Source: Octopus sinensis (taxonomy: Eukaryota). Taken from it: 64,000 bases of DNA. Below the pieces are notes generated by a model that did not search any database, was not told the DNA's origin, and saw only the letters and a program-made list of their open reading frames with translations. Location of the stretch: contig NC_042997.1 of assembly GCF_006345805.1 (NCBI RefSeq), positions 28,396,001-28,460,000 on the forward strand, given 5' to 3'. The position numbers were made by a program, and so were the translations under genes. Positions 1 through 13,440 of the stretch are shown one piece after another; the first letter of the stretch is position 1, and each line of letters begins with the position of its first letter.

Positions 1-495
1 ATGTGAGAAAAATTTGTTTCATGTAAATAGTTTATTTTCTACAAAAGTTTATTCAATTTTATAAATGAAAACATGCTGTGTTTAGTTTAATGGAACTATC
101 AATATGTATGCGTCTGTTTGCCCCAGGTATCGAGAAAACAGTTGCAAAGAAATGGAAGTACAACTGAAATAAAAGCAACAACAACTACAATAACTACAAC
201 AACAATAATTTGAAACAGATCTTTCTGTAATTCCATGAGATAATTTGATATGTAGGCGAAGGAACTATTGCGGCATTCCGCTCTCATTTAAATGTGGATA
301 ATGGAAAAGGTATAGAAATTGCATAGAGGTCCTAGGAAGCTATTAGCATAGTATGGTGCAAAATAATTCTAAAAGTTATATCAGCAACCTCTATGTACAC
401 TTTTCAATACCTACTATTATTTGCACCGTCATAGTATTCGTTGTAGATGGACAAACACATCTGTGATTATGCATATATACATATATATATTTTTT

Positions 496-790
496 CCGAC
501 CATGCTATTAGATGTTGCTACACATCGCTGGTCACAATGCGCTTCGCATTGTTTCAGCCTTCAAATGACGCCAACCCGCTGGCTAAGCGAGCAGGCCAAC
601 AGAAGAAAGAGTGAGAGAAAGTTGCGGCGAAAGAGCACAGCAGGGGTCGCCACCACCCCCTTGCGGAGCCTCGTGGAGCTATAGGTGTTTTCGCTCGATA
701 AACACACACAACACCCGGTCTGGGAATCGAAACCGCGATCCTTCGACCGTGAGTCCGCTACCCTAACCACTGGGCCATTGCGCCTCCACA
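496..790 (-). mobile_element. tRNA-derived SINE, family A, tail type 1
   Basis: Minus strand starts TGTGGAGGCGCAATGGCCCAGTGG (A-box) ... GGTTTCGATTCC (B-box); homologous to 859-1164 over its length and to the 5' half of 6966-7350. Confidence 0.85.
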
Positions 791-807
791 CACACATACA
801 CACACAC

Positions 808-858
<51 letters not shown>

Positions 859-862
<4 letters not shown>

Positions 863-1159
863 ATGATCACGTGACCGACCAGACTATCAGATGTTGTTAC
901 ACATCGCTGGTCAAAATGCGTTCGCATTGTTTTAGCCTTCGAATGACGCCACCCCGCTGGCTAAGCGAGCAGGCCAAGAGAAGAAAGAGTGAGAGAAAGA
1001 GTGGTGGAAGAGTACAGCAGGGATCACCACCCCCTGCCGGAGCCTCGTGGAGCTTTAGGTGTTTTCGCTCAATAAACACACACAACGCCCGGTCTGGGAA
1101 TCGAAACCGCGATCCTCTGACCACGAGTTCCCTGCCCTAACCATTGGGCCATTTCGCCT

Positions 1160-1164
<5 letters not shown>
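859..1164 (-). mobile_element. tRNA-derived SINE, family A, tail type 1 (second copy)
   Basis: Same head, boxes and tail as 496-790 with scattered substitutions; flanked by (CA)n/(TA)n. Confidence 0.85.
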
Positions 1165-1212
<48 letters not shown>

Positions 1213-1590
1213 CACTACCGTCAGAAATTAATTAGCACCCTTGATTTGCTCTTCACTCAAGGTATGTGCTGTCACCTAGTGGCCATATCTCGAACTATTG
1301 CTTTGTTGCGAGTTCACTGTTGCGCAGAACGATGACGTAACTTTGTTTGCAGAGCAGTTTGAGAGTCTACAGCCTTATGATGTTGACATAGCAGTGCAAC
1401 AACAACTTGGAGTGCGGATGCAGACAAATTCCTTTGTTTAATAGATATAGGTAGCGCCTCGCAAGGACCGAAATCACACCATACTAAGTTTTCTCATCGC
1501 GTAAGACGTTTTGAACAGCTCATAGGTTAATTGATTTAACCTATTTAATGTAGAAATTTGAGAAGTGCTAATTAATTTCTGACGCAAGTG
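1213..1590. mobile_element. MITE (non-autonomous Tc1/mariner-type)
   Basis: 26-bp TIRs CACTACCGTCAGAAATTAATTAGCAC / GTGCTAATTAATTTCTGACGCAAGTG (2 mismatches), TA on both sides, no coding capacity. Confidence 0.85.
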
Positions 1591-1614
1591 TATATATATA
1601 TATATATATATATA

Positions 1615-2240
1615 CAGGGTATGATGGGTAAATTGTCACCAATATAAAATATTGCACATGCGCATTGTTTTGATTTTATCTTGTCAACTGCACAGCTTAT
1701 TAGTGTCAGTTGGGCATCGTCTGTGAGATAAACAATATAATAACGCAATTCACTCTACCGAAAATTAGGAAACGACATACTGTACTGCTTGGCATTCGCG
1801 CTGGAAGCTCCAATATGAACAGATGGTGAACACACAGAACAACCTACGGCTTACCGTGTTTCCCAAACATGGACCGAGAATGATATGGCGTTTGGAGTGA
1901 TCACTAGTGATGGTGACGTTACGTCTCCATTCATCTTCTCATACGCCCTCAGACTCAACACGGATGCCTACATCAAGTGCCTAGTGGAGGTACTGTGCCC
2001 TAGGTCAAGAGGGTAACTGTTGGTAGACCTTATGTCTGGCAACAGGACTCTGCACCATGCTACATTGGCAGGAGCAGACAATTTCTGAAACCACATCACC
2101 CTTGACACATGGTCACATAACTCTCCAGACTGCAACCTCTTTGATTAGTTTGTGTGGGGCGCTATTGAACAAGAGAGCAAGAAAACCTTCAGATGAACTG
2201 AAGGCAAGGATTGTGGTAGCACTCCCTTCATTTATTTGAA
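1615..2240 (+). mobile_element. Internally deleted DD37D (maT-type) transposon remnant
   Basis: TA-CAGGGTATGATGGGTAAATT left end shared with 16037; decayed VWQQDSAPC and ...PDCNLFD motifs homologous to 17137-17670. Confidence 0.75.
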
Positions 2241-3612
2241 AAGCAATATCATTAGAGTGACCGCTTGCCAGTGGTTACACTGTATAAATACGTGTGCGAC
2301 AAAAATAAAAATTAACTTTAGTGGTGGGTAAATAACATGAAAAGATCGTTTCCAGAATTTTGCAGTAATTTTCTTGTTGAAAAAAAAAAGACACACAAAA
2401 CGTAAACAATCGTACTGGAAGTCGACTCATTTAAATAAGGGATTACATATAATGAAGTTCAGTTTTATTTGTGCTGGACGGTATAATGCTTACCTTTTCC
2501 GTATAAATTTACTAAAAACTTTTTGAAGTCTGACGTTCATACTGGTGATCACGGTTCGGGCCATATTGTACATTGGTTTGAGCTTCTACCTATCAAAATG
2601 GAGCACCATTGACATACATATTAATATGGATATTCCTGACTGAAAAAAAGGTAATGCTATGGATGAACTTGATTGTATGATTTTATTTTTGTCTTTCTAT
2701 TACTAAGCATTGTTTTAAGTTTGTTGTGCTGTTTATGCCAGTTTCGATCATTAACTTCATTAAGATTAGAATGCCTTCCGGCAGCTCTGTTGCCGCATTC
2801 CAATGCATATCGTACATACTTATTTCTCCTTCGCAGTTAACCATTCATAAGTTCTGCCCTTACTGACGATAGCAATAATAACATTTTTTTAAACTTGCTT
2901 GACATTTTATAAGTGTGAAAGGTATTAAAATTTTGATTCTCCGTATCAGATGTTCCCACAAGAAAAGGCAGAAAATCAGAATTTGAGACAAGAAGATGCT
3001 ATCCACCAATCAGAATTATGTTTACCTAATCAGTTTGATCGGTCACCGTCCTCTGTCGGTTGAGTGAAGTGCCATCCAAGCTGTGCGTATTTATCAGCTT
3101 TGGTTTTGTTGATGATTCTTATCATCAACATTTCCTGTGATCGTTATTTGAGAAGACATACACCAGTATGCTAAATATCGGACATAATCACTAGTGGGCA
3201 AGAAATGTAAAATAAAGTTTATGATAAACAACACAAACATTTTGTAATCTAATAGCTTTCAATGTGATACCTATTAAACAGAAATTATTTTTATTTTATG
3301 AAAATGCAATAAAATCTAATTATAAGTAAGTGAAATTAAGCTAAATACAATTACATTGAACACCATTTTCCCCTGGCCATATCGGAAATTGTGAAAGCTT
3401 TTGGGTGCGAATTTTACATAAGGGGAAGCTTTTTTTTTTAACGAATTTTATCCTGAAAATCACCTGCGTAAATTACCAAAGAGAATCACTCAGCCAATAC
3501 GCACAACTGATAATACTGCTATTAAAACACAGTAAATTTTCCTAGAAGAGAATAAACGACAAGAAACAAGCTTGAGTGGAACACAATATGCATACATACA
3601 TCTATCTTTATC

Positions 3613-4037
3613 TTAGCTGCTTTCTCTTATACGAGCAAAGCTATTGCTAGAAAGAAAAATTAATGAGACAATGTTGATGCAATCTGATACCCATGTATGA
3701 CTCTGGAGGCCGGCGAAAGTTTTGCACATTGTATTACATAGTGCAAAGCTGTGCTGTCTGGCAAAAACAACAAGAGCCACAGCATGAACTCTTTTGACAT
3801 GCAATTTCATTCCCCCAACTGAGGGGCATACCTTCCCACACGTTGCATATGTTCTGTTGTGAACAATAGCCATATCTCAAATTCCCATGGGTCGATTCCT
3901 GTGAGTACTCTGATGACTGATCAGGCCTGCATGACACAAATACATCTCACAAACCACGAATACAAAAAGCGACACTTGCTCATTTTCGACAGGTTCATTC
4001 CATCTAAGCATTCTAATCTTCTCTTGCTTCATTCCAT
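3613..4037 (-). pseudogene. Decayed cassette of three C2H2-like fingers, probably the C-terminus of an RTE-type LINE ORF
   Basis: One frame with a single internal stop: VCEMYLCHAGLISHQSTH, TCGKVCPSVGGMKLHVKRVH, LCNTMCKTFAGLQSH; resembles the C..C....S..GL.SH fingers ending RTE ORFs; no RT attached. Confidence 0.5.
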
Positions 4038-4268
4038 CATACATACATACATACATACATACATACATACATACGTACATCATACATACATACATACATA
4101 CATACATACATACATACATACATACATACATACATACATACATACATACGTCATAAAGCTAAACCTTTTATGGACGGAAAACCTAAGGTAATCCCATAAA
4201 CCGACATTCCCTATTTTTAATATATACTGTTCTACATCTTAGAGTGTTTGCTTTCTACAAACGGTATA

Positions 4269-4643
4269 TCTATTATATAAAATCCGTTATGTCTCTGTGT
4301 GTGTGTGTGTCTTCTAGGATCTCGGGGATCTTCCATCCGATTGCGCTTAAATTTGATATATAGATACCGACGGTATCAAGGCGTGTATATGTCTTGAAAA
4401 AATTACAAAAGTCGATTCCAGGTGAGAATGCGATCGATAAAGCCATGGGTACGGGGATTTGTAAATTTGTTTTACTTGGAATAGAAAAAAGTCTCTTCAT
4501 TTCTTACTTTGCTGGGGTCACAACTGTAGGTTAAATCACTGTTTCTCTGTAGGGGAGACCCATGGACGGTCGGACAAGTTGCTTTGAGAAAATTTGGTTT
4601 TTGACAACTCAGCACCGTTCATTGGACGGAGGGCATTTTGCTC

Positions 4644-4644
<1 letters not shown>
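4269..4644 (+). mobile_element. Non-autonomous Helitron-like element
   Basis: A|TCTATTATATAAAA 5' end followed by a (TG)n tract; 3' hairpin CCGT-TCATTGG-ACGG then CTCG|T (variant of CTRR|T). Confidence 0.55.
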
Positions 4645-4717
<73 letters not shown>

Positions 4718-4722
4718 GTGTG

Positions 4723-5611
4723 CGTGGTCTGATCAATGAGTATCTGGACTGTTGCCATTGTAACGAGGCCCTCAGGGTAAGGCCGCTTGCCATGGATTGG
4801 TGTTGAATACTGCTGTGCATGCACACTAAGTTTTACCGTTATAGCTCACTTTAGCTGCTTACAACACTGATTGGAAGAAAGGTGTGTAGCGTGTGATCTT
4901 TGCATTGACAATGGCAAAGTAAGTTGAGCAGAGAATCTTCATCAAAGTTTGTGAAAAGCTTGATTTACCTGCTCAGAGGCCTGCGCAAAGTTTTCAAAAA
5001 GTTTTCATCGTACTCGATACAATCAGGGAGATCTTGTGTAACTAAAATCCGAGTGCCTTTTTGGTCAGCTGAAAGCAGTTTTGGCACAAAATTGGCCGAC
5101 ACTTGTCTTATACCAAAATTTTAATTGATGATGAACTGAACTGAACCATGACTAATCTGCACATCCTCGGATAAATCAAGTTTGGTGATTCGAAGATTTC
5201 CCCTCACACCTGTACGCACATTCGCGATGTTTTTCTCAGTTCTGCTCGTTGAGGTTATCCCAGAACGTTCGTCAAAATCGACATTTTTTCGGCCATCTTG
5301 GAAACCTTTGAACTAATCTTACACTTGTGTGCGGTTCATACACTCATCTCTATACTCTTTCTGCAACTTTGCATAGGCTTCTGACCCGGTATAGCTATAA
5401 CAACTTTCTCTGGCATGGTCAATGAAACGATCACACGCTACACACCTTCTTTCACAGCACTGTTGTAAACAGCGTGAGTGAGCTAGAACGTTTTAAAGTT
5501 AATGCACATGCAGAGCAGAGGTCACGGTCAACCTGTGCCAAGCAACCTCACTCTGAGTGCTTCAGTTTCGTTACTATAGCAACAGTCCAGATACTTATTG
5601 ATCAGACCTCG
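4723..5611. mobile_element. Mariner derivative built from two inverted 5' ends
   Basis: ~45-bp TIRs (CGTGGTCTGATCAATGAGTATCTGGACTGTTG / CAACAGTCCAGATACTTATTGATCAGACCTCG-TA); minus strand gives a transposase N-terminus to FVPKLLSADQK...ENFLKT; plus strand repeats the 5' UTR and first codons (VEQRIFIKVCEKL). Confidence 0.8.
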
Positions 5612-5809
5612 TACATATATATTATGATATACTGAGAAAATATTTTCTCATACTGTTATGTAAAAGTGATTTAAGCAGCAGAATAAAAGGATTGAGCTTT
5701 CCAGCACACGTAGTCTTTAATTATATTAAAATAGAGAAAATGTTTCTTCCAGCATTGTGACTATCGGCAATATATTTTAAATTTATAGAGAAATTATATA
5801 TAAACATTT

Positions 5810-5956
5810 CTATGTATGTATGTATGTATGTATGTATGTATGTATGTATGTATGTATGTATGTATGTATGTATGTATGTATGTATGTACGTATGTATGTA
5901 TGCATGTATGTATGTATGTATGCATGTATGTATATATGTATGTATGTACGTATATA

Positions 5957-6040
<84 letters not shown>
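5810..6040. repeat. Compound microsatellite (TATG)n-(TA)n
   Basis: Directly visible. Confidence 0.98.
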
Positions 6041-6044
<4 letters not shown>

Positions 6045-6587
6045 TGCGTGTATGGGTCTGTGTTTACGTGTGTATGAATGGATGTAGACATTCTGAAATT
6101 TAATATTGACTATATCCATAAAATATTCTTTCTACATTGTATGATTCCACGCATTTGTAAGAAACAACTGTACATGCAGTATATACATATATATGTGTGT
6201 GTACATAAGCATTCACGTATATTATGATGTCTCTTCCTTTTACCATTTTAAAAGTTTCGGATTAATGCTAAGGCCATGCTGATATATACAAATTGTTTAT
6301 ATTCAGAATTCAAAGCACAAATTGCATCAATATCAATTATCATCTGATTGTAAATGAAACACGTATAAACTATGTATGTGTGAGTATATATCTGCGTATG
6401 TCTCTGTCAGTTACATATGTGGAGCTCATGTGGCTGTGTGTATGAGTGTACGCTTGCAAGCATGTATATATGCATTTATATCGATAGAATTGTATACTAA
6501 TATCAGCATATGTTTACATCCATGCATTCACGGAAACATTCACATAGACAAACATATGAATATATAATTATACTAACTGAATTTCCT

Positions 6588-7560
6588 GGTAATACCCGGA
6601 TAAGTAGGAGTCATTTCCAGTTCCCAATCCCATCTCACTATTTCATGTCCTATCCTGTTTCCTGTTCATTTCGCATTTCAGTTCCACTCCTATTCCTATC
6701 CTCAGTCCTATGTCAATATATAATTTCTAGAATGAGTTAGATGTAATTAAGTAATTAAATATTTTATTAACCTTTATGGTAATAGTTTATTACTAGAAAT
6801 AGCTATGACAAACTATTAATACGATTAGTGGGTGAATAAGGAATAACCCAATATTATTTTAACAAATGAATATGCACCTGAGTAAAATAAATGAGTTCAA
6901 TAGTAATACCCGGAAAGCGGGAGTTATTCCCACTATCTGTTCACCAATACACTGTTCTATGTCCTGTGGAGGCGCAGTGGCCCAGTGGTTAGGGCAGAGG
7001 ACTCGCGGTCGTAGGATCGCGGTTTCGATTCCCAGACCGAGCGTTGTGAGTGTTTATTGAGCGAAGACACCTAAAGCTCCACGAGGCTCCGGCAGGGGAT
7101 GGTGGTGATCCCTGCTGTACTCTTTCACCACAACTTTCTCTCTCTCTTACTTCCTGTTTCTGTTGTACCTGTATTTCAAAGGGCCGGCCTTGTCACTCTA
7201 TGTGTCACGCTGAATATCCCCGAGAACTACGTTAAGGGTACACGTGTCTGTGGAGTGCTCAGCCACTTACACGTTAATTTCACGAGCAGGCTGTTCCGTT
7301 GGTCGGATCAACCGGAACCCTCATCGTCGTAACCGACGGACTGCTTCCAATTCTATGTCCTATCCTGTTTTCTCTTCAATTCCTGTCTTTATGCCCAACG
7401 CATCATTTATGGGAATAGTTTATTGTTAAAAATAGGTATTACAAACTATTAATTCGGGCTATTTCTCAGCTTTAAACTAATAATTAGTGGGTGAATAAGG
7501 AATGCCCCTATATTATTTTAACAAACGAATATGCATCTAATTAAAATAAATTAGATAAAT
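6588..7560. repeat. Diverged ~315-bp tandem duplication, second copy interrupted by a SINE
   Basis: GTAATACCCGGA at 6588 and 6903; ATTAGTGGGTGAATAAGGAAT...TATTATTTTAACAAA block at ~6824 and ~7484. Confidence 0.8.
6966..7350 (+). mobile_element. tRNA-derived SINE, family A head with tail type 2, full length with TSD
   Basis: A-box 6978-6988, B-box 7021-7032; 11-bp TSD TTCTATGTCCT at 6955-6965 and 7351-7361. Confidence 0.9.
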
Positions 7561-7863
7561 AGATATATTTAGAAATACAGTGACGAATTATCTGCGTATT
7601 GTATCTGGCGTTGTCGCGCGTCGTAGATTATCGTAGCTGATTTGTGAAACATGTGCTATAACCTCCTCCCTGAGGGGATTTTTATTGAAATCCAATTCGC
7701 CTATAATTCAAGTGGATGTTAGGAACAGATGAATAACAAAATCAGATTTAACATTGAAAATTATTTCAATGCACCAAATTTGAAAATTTTGTAATTTTAA
7801 AGAATTGTGACGGCAGCAGGGAAGATCCTATAAACGTTGGGAGATATATAGTTACAGAACGTG

Positions 7864-7898
<35 letters not shown>

Positions 7899-8235
7899 TA
7901 AATTTATAAACGTACACACAGGTAATCACGACTTCAGAATGTTGTATACTAGACATAATATATATATATATGTATGTATGCATGAATGTATGTATGTATG
8001 TATGTATGTATATTTACGTGTGTGTGTGTGTGTTTGTGTGTCTGTGTGAGTGTTTCTTCGTGATGGACAGCAGAAAAGCCACCTACTCCTTGTTTCCTTA
8101 AACCTACGTATTTCTCTCACCCACCTTTCTGTGTGTGTATGTGAGTATGTGTTTGCGTGTGTGTGTTTTGTATCTATGTATTTATGAATGTATATATGCA
8201 GCGTCACATTTATTCGACACCTTTATTACATTAAT

Positions 8236-8379
8236 CCCAGTCCTCAAATTGTACTTATTTTATCGACCACAAAAGGGAGAATAATAAAATCAACATCGTT
8301 GCAATTTGAACACGGGACGTAACACCGGACGAAATGCCGCTTAGCATTTTTACCGGAGGGCTAACAATTCTGCCAGCTC
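8236..8379 (-). mobile_element. Decayed SINE, family B
   Basis: Minus strand GAGCTGGCAGAATTGTTAGC...GTTCAAATT...GGTCGATAAAATAAGTAC matches 35511-35735. Confidence 0.7.
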
Positions 8380-8689
8380 AAAACGCTGTACCCTATTTAT
8401 ATTTGTAAACAGAAAAAGAAGTTAGACTGTTGAAAATAACATCACACCATAGAATAAAACCAATATCTGTATGTAGGGTCTTATCTACGATATACATAAA
8501 TGCAATCTTCTGTATAGTAATAGCAACGAAGTGAAGGAATGTGAACGCAAGTGAAGTTTGATATCCACCTTACCTATTCCTCTGTTTCTATAACACTTTA
8601 TCTATATATCTATTTATATATCTATCTTACCACCTCTGATTACCTACTTATCGATCATCCTACATTTCTACTTATCTATGTATCATTAT

Positions 8690-8850
8690 ATCTATCTATA
8701 GACATATATATATATAATATATATATATATATTTGTCTTTCTGCCTATCTGTCTCTTGTGATTCTTTATATCTATATATGTATAAAATATACAAAGACAC
8801 ACACGCACACACACATACATATATGTATATATATGTATATATATATATAT

Positions 8851-8883
<33 letters not shown>

Positions 8884-8890
8884 GTACATG

Positions 8891-8976
<86 letters not shown>

Positions 8977-9077
8977 ATATATATATATATATATGTAGGT
9001 ATATGTATATGTATGTATATATATGTATATATATATATATATGTGTGTGTATGTATGTATATATATTTACATATATA

Positions 9078-9132
<55 letters not shown>

Positions 9133-9140
9133 GTATATAC
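8690..9140. repeat. Long degenerate (TA)n/(TATG)n microsatellite
   Basis: Directly visible. Confidence 0.97.
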
Positions 9141-11079
9141 ATAATCATCGCGTAAGTGGGTAAGGATGCAAGTCAGCAGCGGCATTGCTATAAATATGCG
9201 TCAAAACAACTCTTAGCCACGTGCAAAACACTTTCCTGTTGACTGGCAAGGAAGGGAGACAACCTACCTGCAGCAAGCAATAGTTTGAAACCATTGATGA
9301 TTTCTAGCAATTCTGGTGCTGACTTATAATATTAGCCACTGTAATGACGATAGTAATTGTGCATTTTGGCTTATAAATTGCTACTAGTCAACTTAATAAT
9401 TTATAATTTTCACCTTACTGTTTCACCAAATCCTACTGATTGATGACAAGCCGACATCACTTTAAACCTAGGAAACAGGATATGTGTCAATAATGAGGTT
9501 TAATTAAATCCGAAACCACTGATGATCTGACACTCGCTTGCGGTATGGAAGTTGTCTCTCTTCTTATTTAATAGATAAGTCAATTTTGACATTTATTTCT
9601 AGAAATGCTGGTGCTGACTATGTAACAATGTAGGTGAGAAGCTAACTTTTTAATACACACCCACGCCTGCGTATATAATCAATTTTCAAATAATCGTGTT
9701 TAAGAGCCACGCATATATTATTGCCAACTTAGCAAAAACTCAAATATTGAATAGATATGTTTCTCAGATGTTATATTACTCGACATGATTAACATTGAAA
9801 TTCGTATAAACTATAACATGAATATCATTGGCGTCCTCAGTTACTCTCACACAGTTAACTAATGATGCTGCTGAATGGCATATATACCTACGTAAAAATT
9901 TCTCTGTCGCTAATAATGATATAATGATTTAAATGTATCCTCACAACAAACACTTAGAAACACACATTAAATGTCAGCATAAGAATATTTTAAACACAAC
10001 CTCTGCTGATATATGCGATTATTTGTAATATACAGGTTTCATTTCTCTCAAAATATATTAACGTGTGTTTGAATACATATAGGAAGAAATTGCAGCTAAT
10101 TTTGTATAAACACGTTTCGACAATCGATACGTATTTATATACATATATACGTATTTATACGCATGTTTATATACATATTTATATTTATATAAACATATTT
10201 ATATAAGGAATACATTATGGCAAAACAAATTTCTCATAAAAATGAATAAAGTGTAGATTAAATTATTGAAGCACATATATGCTTATGCAGATCATTGTCT
10301 CCTTGAATTAAATTCTATTCCGTACCACAAAAGAATAAGCGCGTGTTGAAGATTTAAGTTCATTATGTGAAGGGTGATAGGAGATATAGGATATCAGCAA
10401 CAATGTTAGATACAGCTTGGTCGACTCCAAAAATGTGATCATAAGTGGAACGTTTCTTTTGTACATATCGAAGTGCTCGAGGATTTTGTGCAGAATCGAT
10501 GGAAAACCACTTAGTGTAAACCATTTCATATATGTTTTGTTGGTCCGTGGTGGTCTATTCAAATCGAGTGTAAAAAATATTTTTTAGGTCCGTGATTTTA
10601 GAAAGGTTTCGAATGTGAAGGGCATTTTATTCTGTATTGCTTAAGTGGATTATAGAAGCAATAAGAGAGGCGTTCCTATGCGTTATATACGGTTTAAAAC
10701 ATATAAAACTTGAACGGTTTGACATTTTCAAGAAAGAAACAAGAGCTATCGACTCTGAATATAGTGAGAATGTACAATATAAGCCAATGAATCCCATGCT
10801 AGCAAAGATGTATCGTGACACGGAGTGATTCATGCAGATTTGCAGATCTGAATCAATATCAACACTAAATGGCTGCTAAATAAGGACTGCATGCAAAACA
10901 TTCTAGTACCTAAATGGAAAGAACCGACTCAAAATTTTAATTTAGCAGCACCAAAATATGTGGCATCATTCGTATGTATGTATTTGATACACTGTGTAAG
11001 ATGTTTCTGTCATTGGTAGAGGAATTGCACCTTGGCTATATGTAGCCATCATAAACTAAGGCGAGCACTATAGAGATAA

Positions 11080-11200
11080 CAATTTGGTTTGGATTTAGTA
11101 TCACAAAAGAAACTATACTTTTCCTGGAAGTAACACTAGATTTAAGCACCAGTCCGTACATAATTTACAGGAAACCCGATAAGAAAGCTGAATTACGTCA
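11080..11200 (+). mobile_element. Penelope-like RT remnant
   Basis: From 11121 translates FLEVTLDLSTSPYIIYRKPDKK, matching the PLE motif FLDVTLDL..G.Y..YRKP and the homologous segment near 32880. Confidence 0.5.
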
Positions 11201-11665
11201 ACACAGGTTTTTCTATTGCGTCTCTCGGTACTCAAGAATAAACTGAATGTAGTGAGCAGAAATACATGTATCTATCCTGTAGTAAAGACATTTAAATAGA
11301 GCCGACATCCATTATATAACAGTCCAAGCACCAAGATATTCATTGTGAATATAATTGATACAACGACACCGAACCCATCAAAGTGATAATGTCACCTGCA
11401 TAGGGAATGATTCACAGTTTCTCCAACATTGCTAAGATTTACTGCATTTAGATGATATGCATTTCCACCTACACAGCCGTATCAATAGTTTGTCATAGAC
11501 ACACGCTTAAGCTCTAATTTAGTTGAGTACCAAACATCCGGAATACCAACTTATATATCTGAAGTTTTAAGTCCATTACATTTGGTTGCAAATAGGAATA
11601 GGACAAAGAGATAGTGATGGGCGTATGTGCGTGTATACACACATACATACAAACATACATATATC

Positions 11666-11824
<159 letters not shown>

Positions 11825-11966
11825 ATATATATATATAATGTTTTCAGAATGAGATTAAAAAACCCAAGGTTGTGACGTTTTTAGAACATTTATAGGACTT
11901 ACTCAGCATTACCTGACACCTTTGGGTCTTATTCACACCATTACCTCTCATAACCTTTCTCTCTAC

Positions 11967-12025
<59 letters not shown>

Positions 12026-12054
12026 CCTCTATATATATATATATATATATAATA

Positions 12055-12092
<38 letters not shown>

Positions 12093-12774
12093 TATATATA
12101 TATACATACATATATAAAGTAAATAAATCAAGGTAGAAAATGCTAAAATAATATCATAAAGAACATTTTAGTACCGATTTCAGTCCTTGCGACTGAAAGC
12201 ATGAAAACCAATTGAATTCTGGAAAATTTTAGTAGGTAGTAGCAGCCTTAAAAGAATATTCTTTTAGCACTTCTACTACCTACTACCCACTACCAAGCCC
12301 TCACAAGTGTAAGAGAGAGAGAGAAAGAGAGAGAGAGAGAAAGGAAAATGTTCCTTGTGTGTCCCTTGAATGTCCCAGAAATATATATTTTTTTTTATTA
12401 ATTTAGTTTTTCCTCAACTTAATTTTTTTTTCATGCACTTTATTTATTGAAAAAGTTGCAAAGACTGAAACGAGCACTAACATGTACATCATGATAAAAT
12501 CACTGTAGCATTTTCTACATTGTCTTATTTTCCTTTTACGTTTCAAGTAGTGTGTTCCCTTTCAAACTTCTACAGACACACACACACAGATATATATATA
12601 ATGCTGGAGAAAATGCTACCAAATATATACGTTTTATTTATTATTTTGCACGTTACTTAATCATGTTATATGTCTTATCTTATATATAATCTCTCTATAA
12701 GAAGTAATTTTTCTAAATGGTATATTTTTATTTTTCATTATTTAATCGATAAAAAGGTGGGTTTTTTTTCTAAT

Positions 12775-12849
<75 letters not shown>

Positions 12850-13064
12850 ATTATATATATATATATATATATGAAAGTAATAAATGGCACAACGAAGCAC
12901 CGATATTTACTGGAAAATAGCGAACGTAATAAATACGACGCTAATGTATAGCTTCACTGCGTATGTACTAGTAAAGACGTGTGTGTGCAACAAACATGAA
13001 AAAATTTGTCTTACCTCTAGGAAGAACATCTGAAAAATGAAAAACCTAGAAACGGATAATGCAG

Positions 13065-13071
13065 TATATAT

Positions 13072-13113
<42 letters not shown>

Positions 13114-13126
13114 TATATATATATAT

Positions 13127-13159
<33 letters not shown>

Positions 13160-13249
13160 CTATATTTTTTGAAATTTGATTTAGTATTTCTAAATTGAAT
13201 TTTTGCCTGTAAGTTTGAAATAATATTCCCTCATTATTATTATTATTAA

Positions 13250-13338
<89 letters not shown>

Positions 13339-13440
13339 ATTATTATTATTATATTATATATATATATATGCATATATTTATATATATATATATATATATT
13401 TATATATGTGTGTGTGCGTGTTTGTGTGTGTGTACGTGTG
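13065..13440. repeat. Compound microsatellite (TA)n-(ATT)n-(TG)n
   Basis: Directly visible. Confidence 0.97.

Noticed and set aside
496-1164. tRNA genes
   Set aside because: A/B boxes are present, but they continue into shared SINE bodies and I could not fold a full cloverleaf
2500-2900. Possible hAT transposase C-terminus on the minus strand
   Set aside because: Only faint SC.RAF and NMYVNGAP similarity across several stops
10637-10960. Short protein-like frames (KHIKLERFDIFKKETRAIDSEY..., VPKWKEPTQNF)
   Set aside because: No recognisable family motif; cannot be assigned without a search
12171-12198. Minus-strand stem II - GAAA - ATCGGT remnant next to (TA)n
   Set aside because: No CUGANGA core or stem I; may be a hammerhead relic but unsupported
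13025-13062. CTGAAAA...GAAACGGATA motif before (TA)n
   Set aside because: Core mismatch, unpaired stem II and only 3-bp stem I
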